Shown here: piece by piece, positions 7,145 to 14,811 of the stretch
Layout of the letters: each line of letters starts with the position of its first letter
Numbering within the stretch: position 1 is the stretch's first letter
Origin: a virus
Lineage: Duplodnaviria > Caudoviricetes
Reading direction: 5' to 3' (one strand)
Length of the DNA: 38,406 nucleotides
Virus record (IMG/VR): IMGVR_UViG_3300025296_000049
Location: 1 to 38,406 of that record
Translations under genes and position numbers: made by a program
The notes under the pieces: model-generated
Databases searched by the model: none
The model's input: the letters and a program-made list of their open reading frames with translations, nothing else
Told to the model about the DNA's origin: nothing

Positions 7145-7583
7145 CTTCCTTCCGAACCCAGCCAAGGCTTTCAAGCTGATAGGACAGGTCTTTAAGCGTC
7201 TGCTTGTCGCTGATGTGCGTTTGATATTCGTCGCTATTCTCCGGCTTCATCACTTTAGCCATCCAATCCGATAGCTCGCGCATTTCCTCAAAGATGTTTA
7301 TTGCAATATAAGTGCTGTGGTACGCCATCCTGAATTTGCCAACCACTTCCGGCACTTGTTCCACCAGTAATTTGCCATCCCGCCTGTTCCAATCATTGCA
7401 AACACCTTCTGGAGTTGCGTCACTCAAAAATACACAATAATTCTCCCCACATTTAATATAAAACTCATCCCCGTTCCCCCCGTCCTCGTCTTCGTGATGG
7501 TCTATTTCAGGTTCGCCCCCGCAAAACGGGCAGGGCAACAGGTCAACTTCGGCTATGTTCATTCTTGTTTCTTTACTCATCAT
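7122..7583 (-). CDS. Lar-like (restriction alleviation) zinc-binding protein with C-terminal extension
   Basis: LLPCPFCGG...IKC...C...WNRR. Confidence 0.75.
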   Translation of the reverse strand: MMSKETRMNIAEVDLLPCPFCGGEPEIDHHEDEDGGNGDEFYIKCGENYCVFLSDATPEGVCNDWNRRDGKLLVEQVPEVVGKFRMAYHSTYIAINIFEEMRELSDWMAKVMKPENSDEYQTHISDKQTLKDLSYQLESLGWVRKEDEEKRES

Positions 7584-7725
7584 TTTTCCTTTCATCGTAC
7601 CCACATTCATGGCAAGCGAGCATATTGCTGCTCCCAGCTTCAAACCATCTCATCGTGCCGCAGTCCGGGCATTTGTTCACCGGCTCATCGTGTAGCTCGT
7701 CCTCGCTGAAGTCGTATTCGGTCAT
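7573..7725 (-). CDS. 50-aa zinc-ribbon protein (absent from ORF track)
   Basis: MTEYDFSEDELHDEPVNKCPDCGTMRWFEAGSSNMLACHECGYDERKNDE; ATGA overlap upstream. Confidence 0.7.
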   Translation of the reverse strand: MTEYDFSEDELHDEPVNKCPDCGTMRWFEAGSSNMLACHECGYDERKNDE

Positions 7726-8014
7726 TCCACCTCTATGATCGTTTTTTCTTCTTTCCGCGTTTTGACTTTTTCTTGCTTGATGTAGACTTCAATGTGCGCC
7801 GTCGTGTCATCTTGGATGACTTTGGTGTGGCGTAATGCATCAATAATGTATTTGACGCAGAGGTTATCCGGGTCGAGCAACCTGTTTCGCACGCTAGTAA
7901 TGCGGATGCGACGGCGACGAATGTTTCCTCCTTTAGCTTCTTCCTCGCCCATGGGTTCAATGCAAAGAGCCGATTGAGGCTGGGAACCGGCATCTTGATT
8001 TCCACGCGAATCAT
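7722..8014 (-). CDS. rusA: RusA-like Holliday junction resolvase split over two frames
   Basis: Frame starting at 8014 gives PSLN..W.RKK (N-terminus); frame ending at 7722 gives the catalytic DPDNL..K...DAL....I.DD. Confidence 0.7.
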
Positions 8015-8368
8015 TCAAGCGACCTCCCTGACTTGAGTCTTGGGCAACTTCGGCTTGATCTTCAGCACCTCTGCCACATCTTCCATCATGGGCCTCAAGT
8101 CCCAAGCGCGACCGTAGGTTAGCCTGTAAGCTATTTGTTTGAGTCCATGGATGACTGTGGCATGGTTGACCCCTTTGCCCCATCTACGCCCGATTACGGC
8201 GCATTGAAGGCCCATGTGCGTGTGGATGTAATGCCAAGCAATCCACCGAGCTTCCACAGCTTCATCTGTTCGCAATCTGCCGAGCATGGTTGCACCGCTA
8301 ACTCCTGTTACCTTTGCCACTGCCGCGACAATCTCGTTAATTTGTTCCTGTTTGTTTTTTGTTTTCAT
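8015..8368 (-). CDS. DnaA C-terminal (domain IV)-like DNA-binding protein
   Basis: IVAAVA...GV....G..R......ARWIA......IGR......HATVIHG. Confidence 0.85.
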   Translation of the reverse strand: MKTKNKQEQINEIVAAVAKVTGVSGATMLGRLRTDEAVEARWIAWHYIHTHMGLQCAVIGRRWGKGVNHATVIHGLKQIAYRLTYGRAWDLRPMMEDVAEVLKIKPKLPKTQVREVA

Positions 8369-9204
8369 ATTCTTTTTAGTATTTCGTAAGCTACTTGTGG
8401 GACGATGGCGTTTCCGAGGGCTTTAAGTCTGTGAATCCGAGAGGGTATCCCATTAGCCACTCGACCCACGTTGGGTTCAGTGAGCCAGGATTCTCTAAAT
8501 GTTCCACGTCCACTCCGACAACTCTCCCCAGAGTGTCCACCCGATTCTTGCCGTCTTTCCTCACTTTCGCCCTCAACACCCCCGTATCCTTGTAATCTCT
8601 GCTCGCTGGCGTGGGCAACATCATCACCTTGTCGTATAGACTCCAACCTGCCCTGATTGCCTGTGGACTGTTTGGGTTTTTGTGTGACCCCCTCCCGCTT
8701 GGGCTGGTGGATCGTGTTGTCACACCGGGCCATAATCCACACTCTGTCTCGTCTGTGCGGGGCGTTGACGGCGCAAGCTGGAAGTACAACCGCCCCTGTG
8801 GAGTACCCTTCGCCTTCCAGTTGAGAAAGCACATCGTCGAGTGCCATGTTGATGAGGCCAGCAACATTCTCTGCAAGCACGAAATCGGGTCTTGCTTCTT
8901 TAATAACTCTGAACATTTCAGGCCAGAGGTGACGGTCATCCTCCTCGCCTCGCTGCTCCCCGGCTTGACTGAAAGGTTGGCAAGGAAATCCGCCTGTGAG
9001 GAGGTCTGCCCCTCGCCACTTGCTGCCGTCAAAGTCTCTGATGTCTGGGATGATTGGGACATCGGGCCAGTGTCGCTTGAGGACTTTGCAGCAGTAGGGG
9101 TCTGACTCGCAGAAGACTCCGGTGGAATATCCAGCCCAGCCAGCGGCAACTGCGAATCCTCCGATCCCGCTGAAGAGGTCAATGTGTTTTCGTCGTTCAT
9201 TCAT
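8365..9204 (-). CDS. DNA (cytosine-5) methyltransferase, motifs I-VIII and X
   Basis: DLFSGIGG, GGFPCQPFS, ENV, H.R.R and LGNAIVP; lacks motif IX. Confidence 0.92.
   Translation of the reverse strand: MNERRKHIDLFSGIGGFAVAAGWAGYSTGVFCESDPYCCKVLKRHWPDVPIIPDIRDFDGSKWRGADLLTGGFPCQPFSQAGEQRGEEDDRHLWPEMFRVIKEARPDFVLAENVAGLINMALDDVLSQLEGEGYSTGAVVLPACAVNAPHRRDRVWIMARCDNTIHQPKREGVTQKPKQSTGNQGRLESIRQGDDVAHASEQRLQGYGGVEGESEERRQESGGHSGESCRSGRGTFRESWLTEPNVGRVANGIPSRIHRLKALGNAIVPQVAYEILKRI
8391..9200 (-). CDS. Nested alternative-frame MTase polypeptide (TRD and motif IX)
   Basis: 269-aa open frame with LPTPASRDYK and LNPTWVEWLMGYP. Confidence 0.7.
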   Translation of the reverse strand: MNDENTLTSSAGSEDSQLPLAGLDIPPESSASQTPTAAKSSSDTGPMSQSSQTSETLTAASGEGQTSSQADFLANLSVKPGSSEARRMTVTSGLKCSELLKKQDPISCLQRMLLASSTWHSTMCFLNWKAKGTPQGRLYFQLAPSTPRTDETECGLWPGVTTRSTSPSGRGSHKNPNSPQAIRAGWSLYDKVMMLPTPASRDYKDTGVLRAKVRKDGKNRVDTLGRVVGVDVEHLENPGSLNPTWVEWLMGYPLGFTDLKPSETPSSHK

Positions 9205-9213
9205 TCAAAGGAC

Positions 9214-9308
9214 ACCGACACGCAGGGAGCGTTTAAGAAACACAAGAGGTTGGATGCCAAGCCTCTTATGCGCTAGGAGGCTACGCTCGTAGGTTCCCGC
9301 GTGCCGGT
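9214..9308 (-). ncRNA. Candidate structured leader RNA of the MTase gene
   Basis: Closing stem ACCGGCACGC/GCGTGTCGGT, inner GAGCGT/ACGCTC and alternative hairpins. Confidence 0.4.
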
Positions 9309-9985
9309 TAAATTTCATAGGTGATTTCTTTCAGCTTCTCGCGGAGTGGGGCTATTCCCTCCAGAGCGGCAAAGAAGTTCTTCCAGCCTTGGGCGACTTG
9401 CGGCGGCGTGGTTGCTTCCATCATCTCCACCTTCAAGGCTACCTTAATTTTCTCTATCAGCTTCTTCACTTGCGGGGGGTCATTCTTACTTGGGTTCGCG
9501 AGTTGCTTTACAAGCAGGACATCCTGAAAAGCGAGGTGATCCCAAGTGTCCGGAAAAGCCTCTACCCAACTAGTCCTTCCATCTCCCCAGCTAGGTTGAG
9601 GGGGCGAGTACCCAAGCACACCATCATCCGGCTTGTATCTGGCGCGGGAAGCTTTGGCCCTTCGCCGTGCTGCTTGTTCCTTTCTGTGCGCCCTAGCGTC
9701 TGCTTGAATCTCACGCCTCACCCAACGCCAGTTCACATATTCACGCCCAACCCCATGCACCTTCTCCCTCCGCAACTCCTCCTTCTCCGTGAGCCGCAAA
9801 AGTTCTCGCTCGGTGTAATTGGGCAGCACCTTGACTATCTCCTGATATTTGTACGCCCCTGTGCGGTTGGCATCCTTCAGTGTCTCGGCATCATCAACGG
9901 GGAAGAAGTCACGAACCCAATGCGAGTTGCACCGTAGGTACGGGTCTAGTTGCATAAAGCCGTGACTGTCAACTCCCCAAGACAT
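9308..9985 (-). CDS. Hypothetical protein
   Basis: 225 aa, co-oriented. Confidence 0.65.
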   Translation of the reverse strand: MSWGVDSHGFMQLDPYLRCNSHWVRDFFPVDDAETLKDANRTGAYKYQEIVKVLPNYTERELLRLTEKEELRREKVHGVGREYVNWRWVRREIQADARAHRKEQAARRRAKASRARYKPDDGVLGYSPPQPSWGDGRTSWVEAFPDTWDHLAFQDVLLVKQLANPSKNDPPQVKKLIEKIKVALKVEMMEATTPPQVAQGWKNFFAALEGIAPLREKLKEITYEI

Positions 9986-9988
9986 CAG

Positions 9989-10333
9989 TTAATTTTCCTC
10001 GTAGTAATCTGGATGACAGGCAACCAGAAACCTAGATTGCCCCTTTCCTTCCATCTTGATAAACTCTAGGTCTTTAACGCACTCCTTCATCTCGGCGTGC
10101 AAATGGTCAAGATGCTGTTCGTAATCTTTTATATCGCCACTAGGTGAGACAAGCGTGCCTTCCTCCCACATTAGCTTTATGGAGGAGTAAGCAAACCTCA
10201 CTGCCATCATCTCAAAGGTAGGGGGGCAAATGTCATTTTTCTCATTTGCAAGCTCGCTTATTGCTCGGATTATATCACTGCACTCCTCTGTCGTAGGATT
10301 CGGGTCTTTGGGCTTCCCCTTTTTTTTGCTCAT
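9989..10333 (-). CDS. Hypothetical protein
   Basis: 114 aa, strong GAGGAGG SD. Confidence 0.75.
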   Translation of the reverse strand: MSKKKGKPKDPNPTTEECSDIIRAISELANEKNDICPPTFEMMAVRFAYSSIKLMWEEGTLVSPSGDIKDYEQHLDHLHAEMKECVKDLEFIKMEGKGQSRFLVACHPDYYEEN

Positions 10334-10347
10334 AATCCTCCTCGCCG

Positions 10348-10698
10348 CTAAAACGGAACGTCATCTTCTTCAGTAATGGGCGGCTGCTCAACAGGCTTGG
10401 GAGGCTCACCCTCGTCAAGACTCTCAATCAGGGTCGCGAATTTCTTCTTGCTCACCTCTGGGGGCATCGGCTCTGGCTCGGCTGGCTTCGCGGAGTAGCT
10501 TTTGAATGGTTCCACGCTCCCAGAGATGTTGAAATCACTCTGGCCAAAAGTGCCATTGACCCAAAAGGATATGCTCTTGAGGTTGCCCCCGTCATTCCAA
10601 AGTCCTTTGAAGTCAGGGTAATTTGGTTTCTCCAGCTTCTTCTCCACCTGTTGAGTGATGGAGAAGCGTCCCGGTTGTAGTTTTCTTTTTTCTTCCAT
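10348..10698 (-). CDS. ssb: Phage single-stranded DNA-binding protein
   Basis: PDFKG..SISFW..ISG OB-like N-terminus, acidic DDVPF tail, downstream of RecT/exonuclease. Confidence 0.7.
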   Translation of the reverse strand: MEEKRKLQPGRFSITQQVEKKLEKPNYPDFKGLWNDGGNLKSISFWVNGTFGQSDFNISGSVEPFKSYSAKPAEPEPMPPEVSKKKFATLIESLDEGEPPKPVEQPPITEEDDVPF

Positions 10699-10701
10699 AA
10701 T

Positions 10702-11784
10702 TTATTCCTTAACTAATCTTGGCTGGTCGTGGGTTGTTTCAATGAGGTCTTCAAGCGAATCGGCCACAGCTTGGTAGGCTTCACTCTTCTTCTTGCCTGT
10801 GGTAGCCACTACGCCGTTTTCAATCTGGGGAACAGATACCTTCACCGCTTTGAGAAAGTCTTCTTGGCTGATGAGTTTGTCTTCTCTCAATCGGTTGAAT
10901 GCCTCTTGGCTGTCAGTGATCTTTCTGCGCTTGCGACCCTCGGCAATCTTATAACCAGGAATGGAATCTGGATTCTTGTCCAGCGTCTCTTTGGCGCGTT
11001 TCTCAATTTCAGGAATGAGCTTCTTGGCTACTCCAACATAATCCAACAGCTCCGCGAATCTTGTGGGGTCGCACAACTCTGTCACCTGCACAAGAGTGAG
11101 CATGGCTCCCATTGCTTCGGGGCAACTGGTCTTGAATTTGCACCATTTGCATTGTTTCTCTCCCGCGAACCTCCGAGCCGATGGCGTTAGCGCAATCTCT
11201 AGGATGTTCATTATTAATTCCTTTCCAGCCCTTAATTGCTTTGTGGTGAAGGTTGCCACCTCCACAGACTCCCGCGTTTGAAGGATGGCAGCATGAACCT
11301 TGGAAACCTTGGGGTAGTTTTCCTTCAGAAGAACCGCCAAGGCGAGAAGCTGGAGGTTCCGGCTACTTGGGGTTACTTCTCCGCGACCTGTTTTGTAGTC
11401 AACAATCAAAGCGGTTCCCCCTTGAATCACAATGTGGTCAGCCATGCCGGAGAAGTTGATTTGAGCGGGAAAGGCGGGAGGTGACAGCCACATCCTATGC
11501 TCTCGCATTACTGTTACGATCTTCTTGGCGCGGGGGAAAACCTCTGCTTCCAAAAGCTCGCGCTTGGCTTCCAGTTCATCGGCAATATCCTGCTCCGCAA
11601 CATCCAGTATTAGCTCTTGCTTGCCCTCCAAGTAGCTGTGGATGCGGATGCCCTTCACGGCATCAAAGGACATCTGTTCTTCTTTGATATCTTTCTGCGC
11701 CGAGAAGGAGCCGGGACAGAGTGACAAGTTCTCCATTGCTGAAGCACTCGGCCACCCCATCCTGACATCGCCGTTGCAGTTCAC
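10702..11784 (-). CDS. DUF2800/Cas4-like PD-(D/E)xK exonuclease
   Basis: SAS..CPGS, G..IH, GMAD, IVDYKTG, QL, CKWC....CP. Confidence 0.85.
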   Translation of the reverse strand: MNCNGDVRMGWPSASAMENLSLCPGSFSAQKDIKEEQMSFDAVKGIRIHSYLEGKQELILDVAEQDIADELEAKRELLEAEVFPRAKKIVTVMREHRMWLSPPAFPAQINFSGMADHIVIQGGTALIVDYKTGRGEVTPSSRNLQLLALAVLLKENYPKVSKVHAAILQTRESVEVATFTTKQLRAGKELIMNILEIALTPSARRFAGEKQCKWCKFKTSCPEAMGAMLTLVQVTELCDPTRFAELLDYVGVAKKLIPEIEKRAKETLDKNPDSIPGYKIAEGRKRRKITDSQEAFNRLREDKLISQEDFLKAVKVSVPQIENGVVATTGKKKSEAYQAVADSLEDLIETTHDQPRLVKE

Positions 11785-12524
11785 GGCGAAACCTCCTCGG
11801 TTTCCTCCTCGGCAACATTTTCTGTGAAGATATCTGAATGCGTAGCCTTGGCACGCTGGGGCTTGTTGAATTTGAATTGCGTGTCATCCGATTCAAATGC
11901 CTCGCGAACTTCTCCATCCATGGGGAGCCACTTGGATAGGCGGCGGAAGGCGGTTTTCTTCGCCATCTCATTCCAATCAGTGACCCAAGGGCCGCTCTTG
12001 CCAGCCTTGCTGCGAACGCGGATTGCTTCCACTTCAGCTTTGCTCATCACCTCACATTTCTCTGTACCGTCCTTGAAGCGACAGAGGGCATAGCAACCTA
12101 CCAAGTCACCTCTATCTGCCCCCAGATCGTATTTGTGGGCCTTTAATTCGCCCCGATCATAGTCAAATTCGTCATTGGCATGAATAACGTCTGCATGGAT
12201 GTAACTTATGTTACCCGAACGCATGACCAATTCAACTATGCCTTTGTAGTCAATTATTAACTGGCATTGCTTGCCGTACGGAATGAGGTGGGCGCGGCGA
12301 CCATCAGGCTCAATGCCATGCTGGCTACAAGTCATCAAGGCTTGCAGCACGCTGGCTGGGTCACACTCTCCCAGCTTGGGTGTCTTGAGTAACGTGGTAA
12401 GGGCAACCCTCGCCATTCTGTCGGGCGTGAGGTGTTTAGGGAGGGCCAAGGCCATTTCTGATTTGAACTTGTCGGAACCGATCAAGTCCTTCAGCTTTTT
12501 AGTATTAGTTGTTAGTTGTGTCAT
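11781..12524 (-). CDS. recT: RecT family ssDNA-annealing recombinase
   Basis: ALPKHLTPDRMAR, HLIPYG..CQLIIDYKG, PWVTDWNEMAKKT..RRLSKWLP. Confidence 0.95.
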   Translation of the reverse strand: MTQLTTNTKKLKDLIGSDKFKSEMALALPKHLTPDRMARVALTTLLKTPKLGECDPASVLQALMTCSQHGIEPDGRRAHLIPYGKQCQLIIDYKGIVELVMRSGNISYIHADVIHANDEFDYDRGELKAHKYDLGADRGDLVGCYALCRFKDGTEKCEVMSKAEVEAIRVRSKAGKSGPWVTDWNEMAKKTAFRRLSKWLPMDGEVREAFESDDTQFKFNKPQRAKATHSDIFTENVAEEETEEVSP

Positions 12525-12529
12525 AGATT

Positions 12530-12772
12530 TTATAAAAAGTTTTGTCGGGTTACGTTTAACATATGCGTTTCGTAGGGACGCGGATGGCGCATCCCCCAAG
12601 ATGGAAAAGTCACGCACATAAATTTCTCAAGTGCGAGCGCATCGGCAGAGCAATCCGCGCAGATGGTGCGCTCAATGGCTGCATCGCCTGTGACCACTAC
12701 TGAATCGTAGTCCTCACATATGTAGCAAAATCCGCCCCTCGGCGGGTCTAGCTTAATTAGTTGCAGACTCAT
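12530..12772 (-). CDS. Small zinc-finger protein
   Basis: CYIC...CADC. Confidence 0.6.
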   Translation of the reverse strand: MSLQLIKLDPPRGGFCYICEDYDSVVVTGDAAIERTICADCSADALALEKFMCVTFPSWGMRHPRPYETHMLNVTRQNFL

Positions 12773-13037
12773 CTTTGGATTTTTTCTTGGCATTTACTTT
12801 ATTCCCTCTCTCATCAATAAATCTGTCTATCTCCTTCGCTGTAAATCGCAGGGATGCCGTCTTGGCGTCACCGAATTTGATGGCGTTGAGCTTATCCGCA
12901 TGAACCCAACGGCGGATCGTTGAACCGTCCACGCCAATAAGATACGCGACTTCAGCGGTGGAAAGCATGGTGTTGAGTTCAAGGTCATCTCCGTCCTGCG
13001 TAATGACGCCGGATTTATATTCGTACTCGTCGCTCAT
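12753..13037 (-). CDS. Excisionase-like HTH_17 protein
   Basis: MLSTAEVAYLIGVDGSTIRRW....L.A.K......LRF....I..F. Confidence 0.85.
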   Translation of the reverse strand: MSDEYEYKSGVITQDGDDLELNTMLSTAEVAYLIGVDGSTIRRWVHADKLNAIKFGDAKTASLRFTAKEIDRFIDERGNKVNAKKKSKDESATN

Positions 13038-13192
13038 CGTCCCTCCTCAAATTTTACGATGTCGGCTAGTCGGAAGCGGAGGGTGCGGTAGCCTATCTTC
13101 CTTGCTTTGATTTTCCCCCTCCTAACCCAACGCCTAATTGTTTCGGGAGTCACCTCAAATCTCTCTGCAACTTGGTCAACGGTTAGCATCAT
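13034..13192 (-). CDS. Excisionase-like HTH_17 protein (52 aa)
   Basis: MLTVDQVAERFEVTPETIRRWVRRGKIKARKIG..LRF. Confidence 0.85.
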   Translation of the reverse strand: MMLTVDQVAERFEVTPETIRRWVRRGKIKARKIGYRTLRFRLADIVKFEEGR

Positions 13193-13287
13193 GCGAATTC
13201 CAAGTATGGCTTTGAAGTCATCTGGGCAAAGAAAAAGCTGCAAGCATCTCGCTCACAGCTTATTCACGGGTTGTTGATAGGTTGGGA

Positions 13288-14448
13288 CTAGGGGTAAATG
13301 TCCCAAAATTCCTTGGCCATGGGAGGCGTAATCGCGCTGCCGATGTAATGAGTGAACAGGGTGGTGGTATTAATGGAATGCCCCATTGCAGTCTTCAAAT
13401 CCGTCTCGTGGCGGAAGTGCTTGAGGTGGCACGATGCAAAGGTGTGCCTCATTATGTCGGACTCATCCTTGCCCCATGTTACGCCTGAAATGTATTTAAT
13501 CCTGTCCCTCCGGCGGCGTATGTTTCGCATGGCTGGCAAGTCTCCACCTAGCGCAAGCCACGCCTTCGCATTGTCTTGTAGAGGGACTTCCCTTTTCTCC
13601 CGCGTCTTTGATCCGCCTCTTGAAATGTAAACGGCGTTTGCCTCCAAGCAGACGTAGCTCGGCAATTTCTTCCACTTCTTGGCGGGGAACTCATGCCGCC
13701 AATGCACGGAAGCAATTTCATTGGGGCGCACGCCGCAAAAGATTCCAAGCGCGAAGTACGGGAGAAGTTCTGGATCATGCTTGCGGCATACTTCAAACAG
13801 CTTCCGCACATCGTCGGGAAAGAATACGGCCACATCTTCCTTGCCTTGATATGCTCCGAACTCCTCCTTGCAGTTAATCTTGGCAACCGGATTGTCCCGC
13901 CGGTAGTCCTCGCGCTTCACCCACGCAAAGAATTGATGTAGCTGATTCCGGCGGAGCCGCTTTGTGTTGTTGCTCCATCCATTGTGATTGAGGTAATCCA
14001 AAACGAACTGGTCAGTAACCTCCCTCACCTTCACATCCTGGTAGCCGTAAAACCCCTGCACGGCATACAGGAGGCATTCAATGCTTTTTTCTCGTAAGCC
14101 CTTCTTGACCAGCGAATCGCGAAAGTCCCAGTACAGTTCACTCACCGGCACATCATCCTTTAGGGCCGAATCGGTATCCTTCTCTTTTAAAATCTGAAGG
14201 ACATCAAATAGGGAACAATCCATCTCACGCGATAGCTTGGCGATCCTACTCAAGTCCATGCGCTGCTCACTGGACAGGTCAGCAATGGATGCACCGTAGG
14301 TTGACAATTCATTTTCCCGATCTGCAACAAACTTCTCGGCATCGGCCCTGCTGGCAAACCACCTCTTTTTCCTTTTTCCCTTAACAGTAAAAGTGACACG
14401 GTATTGCTTTGTTCCTTCGGGCTTCTTGGGGTCTTTTATTATATTCAT
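13288..14448 (-). CDS. int: Tyrosine integrase
   Basis: GVRPNE (R), SKT (K), DIMRHTF (xxxR), MGH, HY; N-terminal arm-binding-like domain. Confidence 0.93.
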   Translation of the reverse strand: MNIIKDPKKPEGTKQYRVTFTVKGKRKKRWFASRADAEKFVADRENELSTYGASIADLSSEQRMDLSRIAKLSREMDCSLFDVLQILKEKDTDSALKDDVPVSELYWDFRDSLVKKGLREKSIECLLYAVQGFYGYQDVKVREVTDQFVLDYLNHNGWSNNTKRLRRNQLHQFFAWVKREDYRRDNPVAKINCKEEFGAYQGKEDVAVFFPDDVRKLFEVCRKHDPELLPYFALGIFCGVRPNEIASVHWRHEFPAKKWKKLPSYVCLEANAVYISRGGSKTREKREVPLQDNAKAWLALGGDLPAMRNIRRRRDRIKYISGVTWGKDESDIMRHTFASCHLKHFRHETDLKTAMGHSINTTTLFTHYIGSAITPPMAKEFWDIYP

Positions 14449-14507
14449 ATCCTAGCTTTCTCTTATGAGGGCTGCACACTGTGTCCAGTGACCTCAACGC
14501 GGAGGGC

Positions 14508-14535
14508 AAGATACACCCTCGGTGGCCCCTGTCAA
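14508..14535 (-). promoter_or_regulatory. Putative integrase promoter
   Basis: TTGACA-N16-TATCTT on the - strand, ~60 nt upstream of int. Confidence 0.6.
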
Positions 14536-14738
14536 GGGGTATTTAGGCGTAAATAGGTGTATAGGTCGCCACGCTTCAGTACGAAAAACGTGAATTATCC
14601 CCGTAGCGGTAGCACATAGTCATCGGTTTTCTAAACCGATGCCTATGTTTGTTTTACTACTGGAAAACTGTATCTTGCAAAGCGGGTGGCCTCTCGGTGG
14701 CGACATGAACCTAGGCTTTACTGCCACGGGTGGCCCCT
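14518..14738. other. Candidate attP with tRNA-Arg(TCT) anticodon-arm core
   Basis: Inverted repeat 14614..14648 centred on TCGGT-TTTCTAA-ACCGA, flanked by GTGGC arm-type repeats, adjacent to int. Confidence 0.65.
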
Positions 14739-14777
14739 TACCCCATCATCAACTTGTTCCCAATGTGATGTTTTATC

Positions 14778-14805
14778 TTGCTTTGTGTCACGCTGTGGAT
14801 ACCTT
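14778..14805 (+). promoter_or_regulatory. Putative promoter giving leaderless RHH mRNA
   Basis: TTGCTT-N16-TACCTT ends 6 nt before the ATG at 14812. Confidence 0.45.
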
Positions 14806-14811
14806 GTGCAG

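Noticed and set aside
8015-8183. N-terminal extension of the 153-aa ORF 7722..8183
   Set aside because: It lies inside the DnaA-C-like gene and has no RusA features; only the C-terminal part is credible.
10702-11784. Cas4-like nuclease as a sign of CRISPR-Cas
   Set aside because: No repeat-spacer array or other cas genes; it sits in a RecT-exonuclease-SSB recombination module.
13288-14448. Integrase inactivated because HxxR reads DIMR
   Set aside because: That histidine is variable among tyrosine recombinases; R, K, R, H and Y are intact.
14597-14670. Intact tRNA-Arg gene
   Set aside because: D-arm is broken and there is no T-arm or acceptor 3' strand; treated as an att core.
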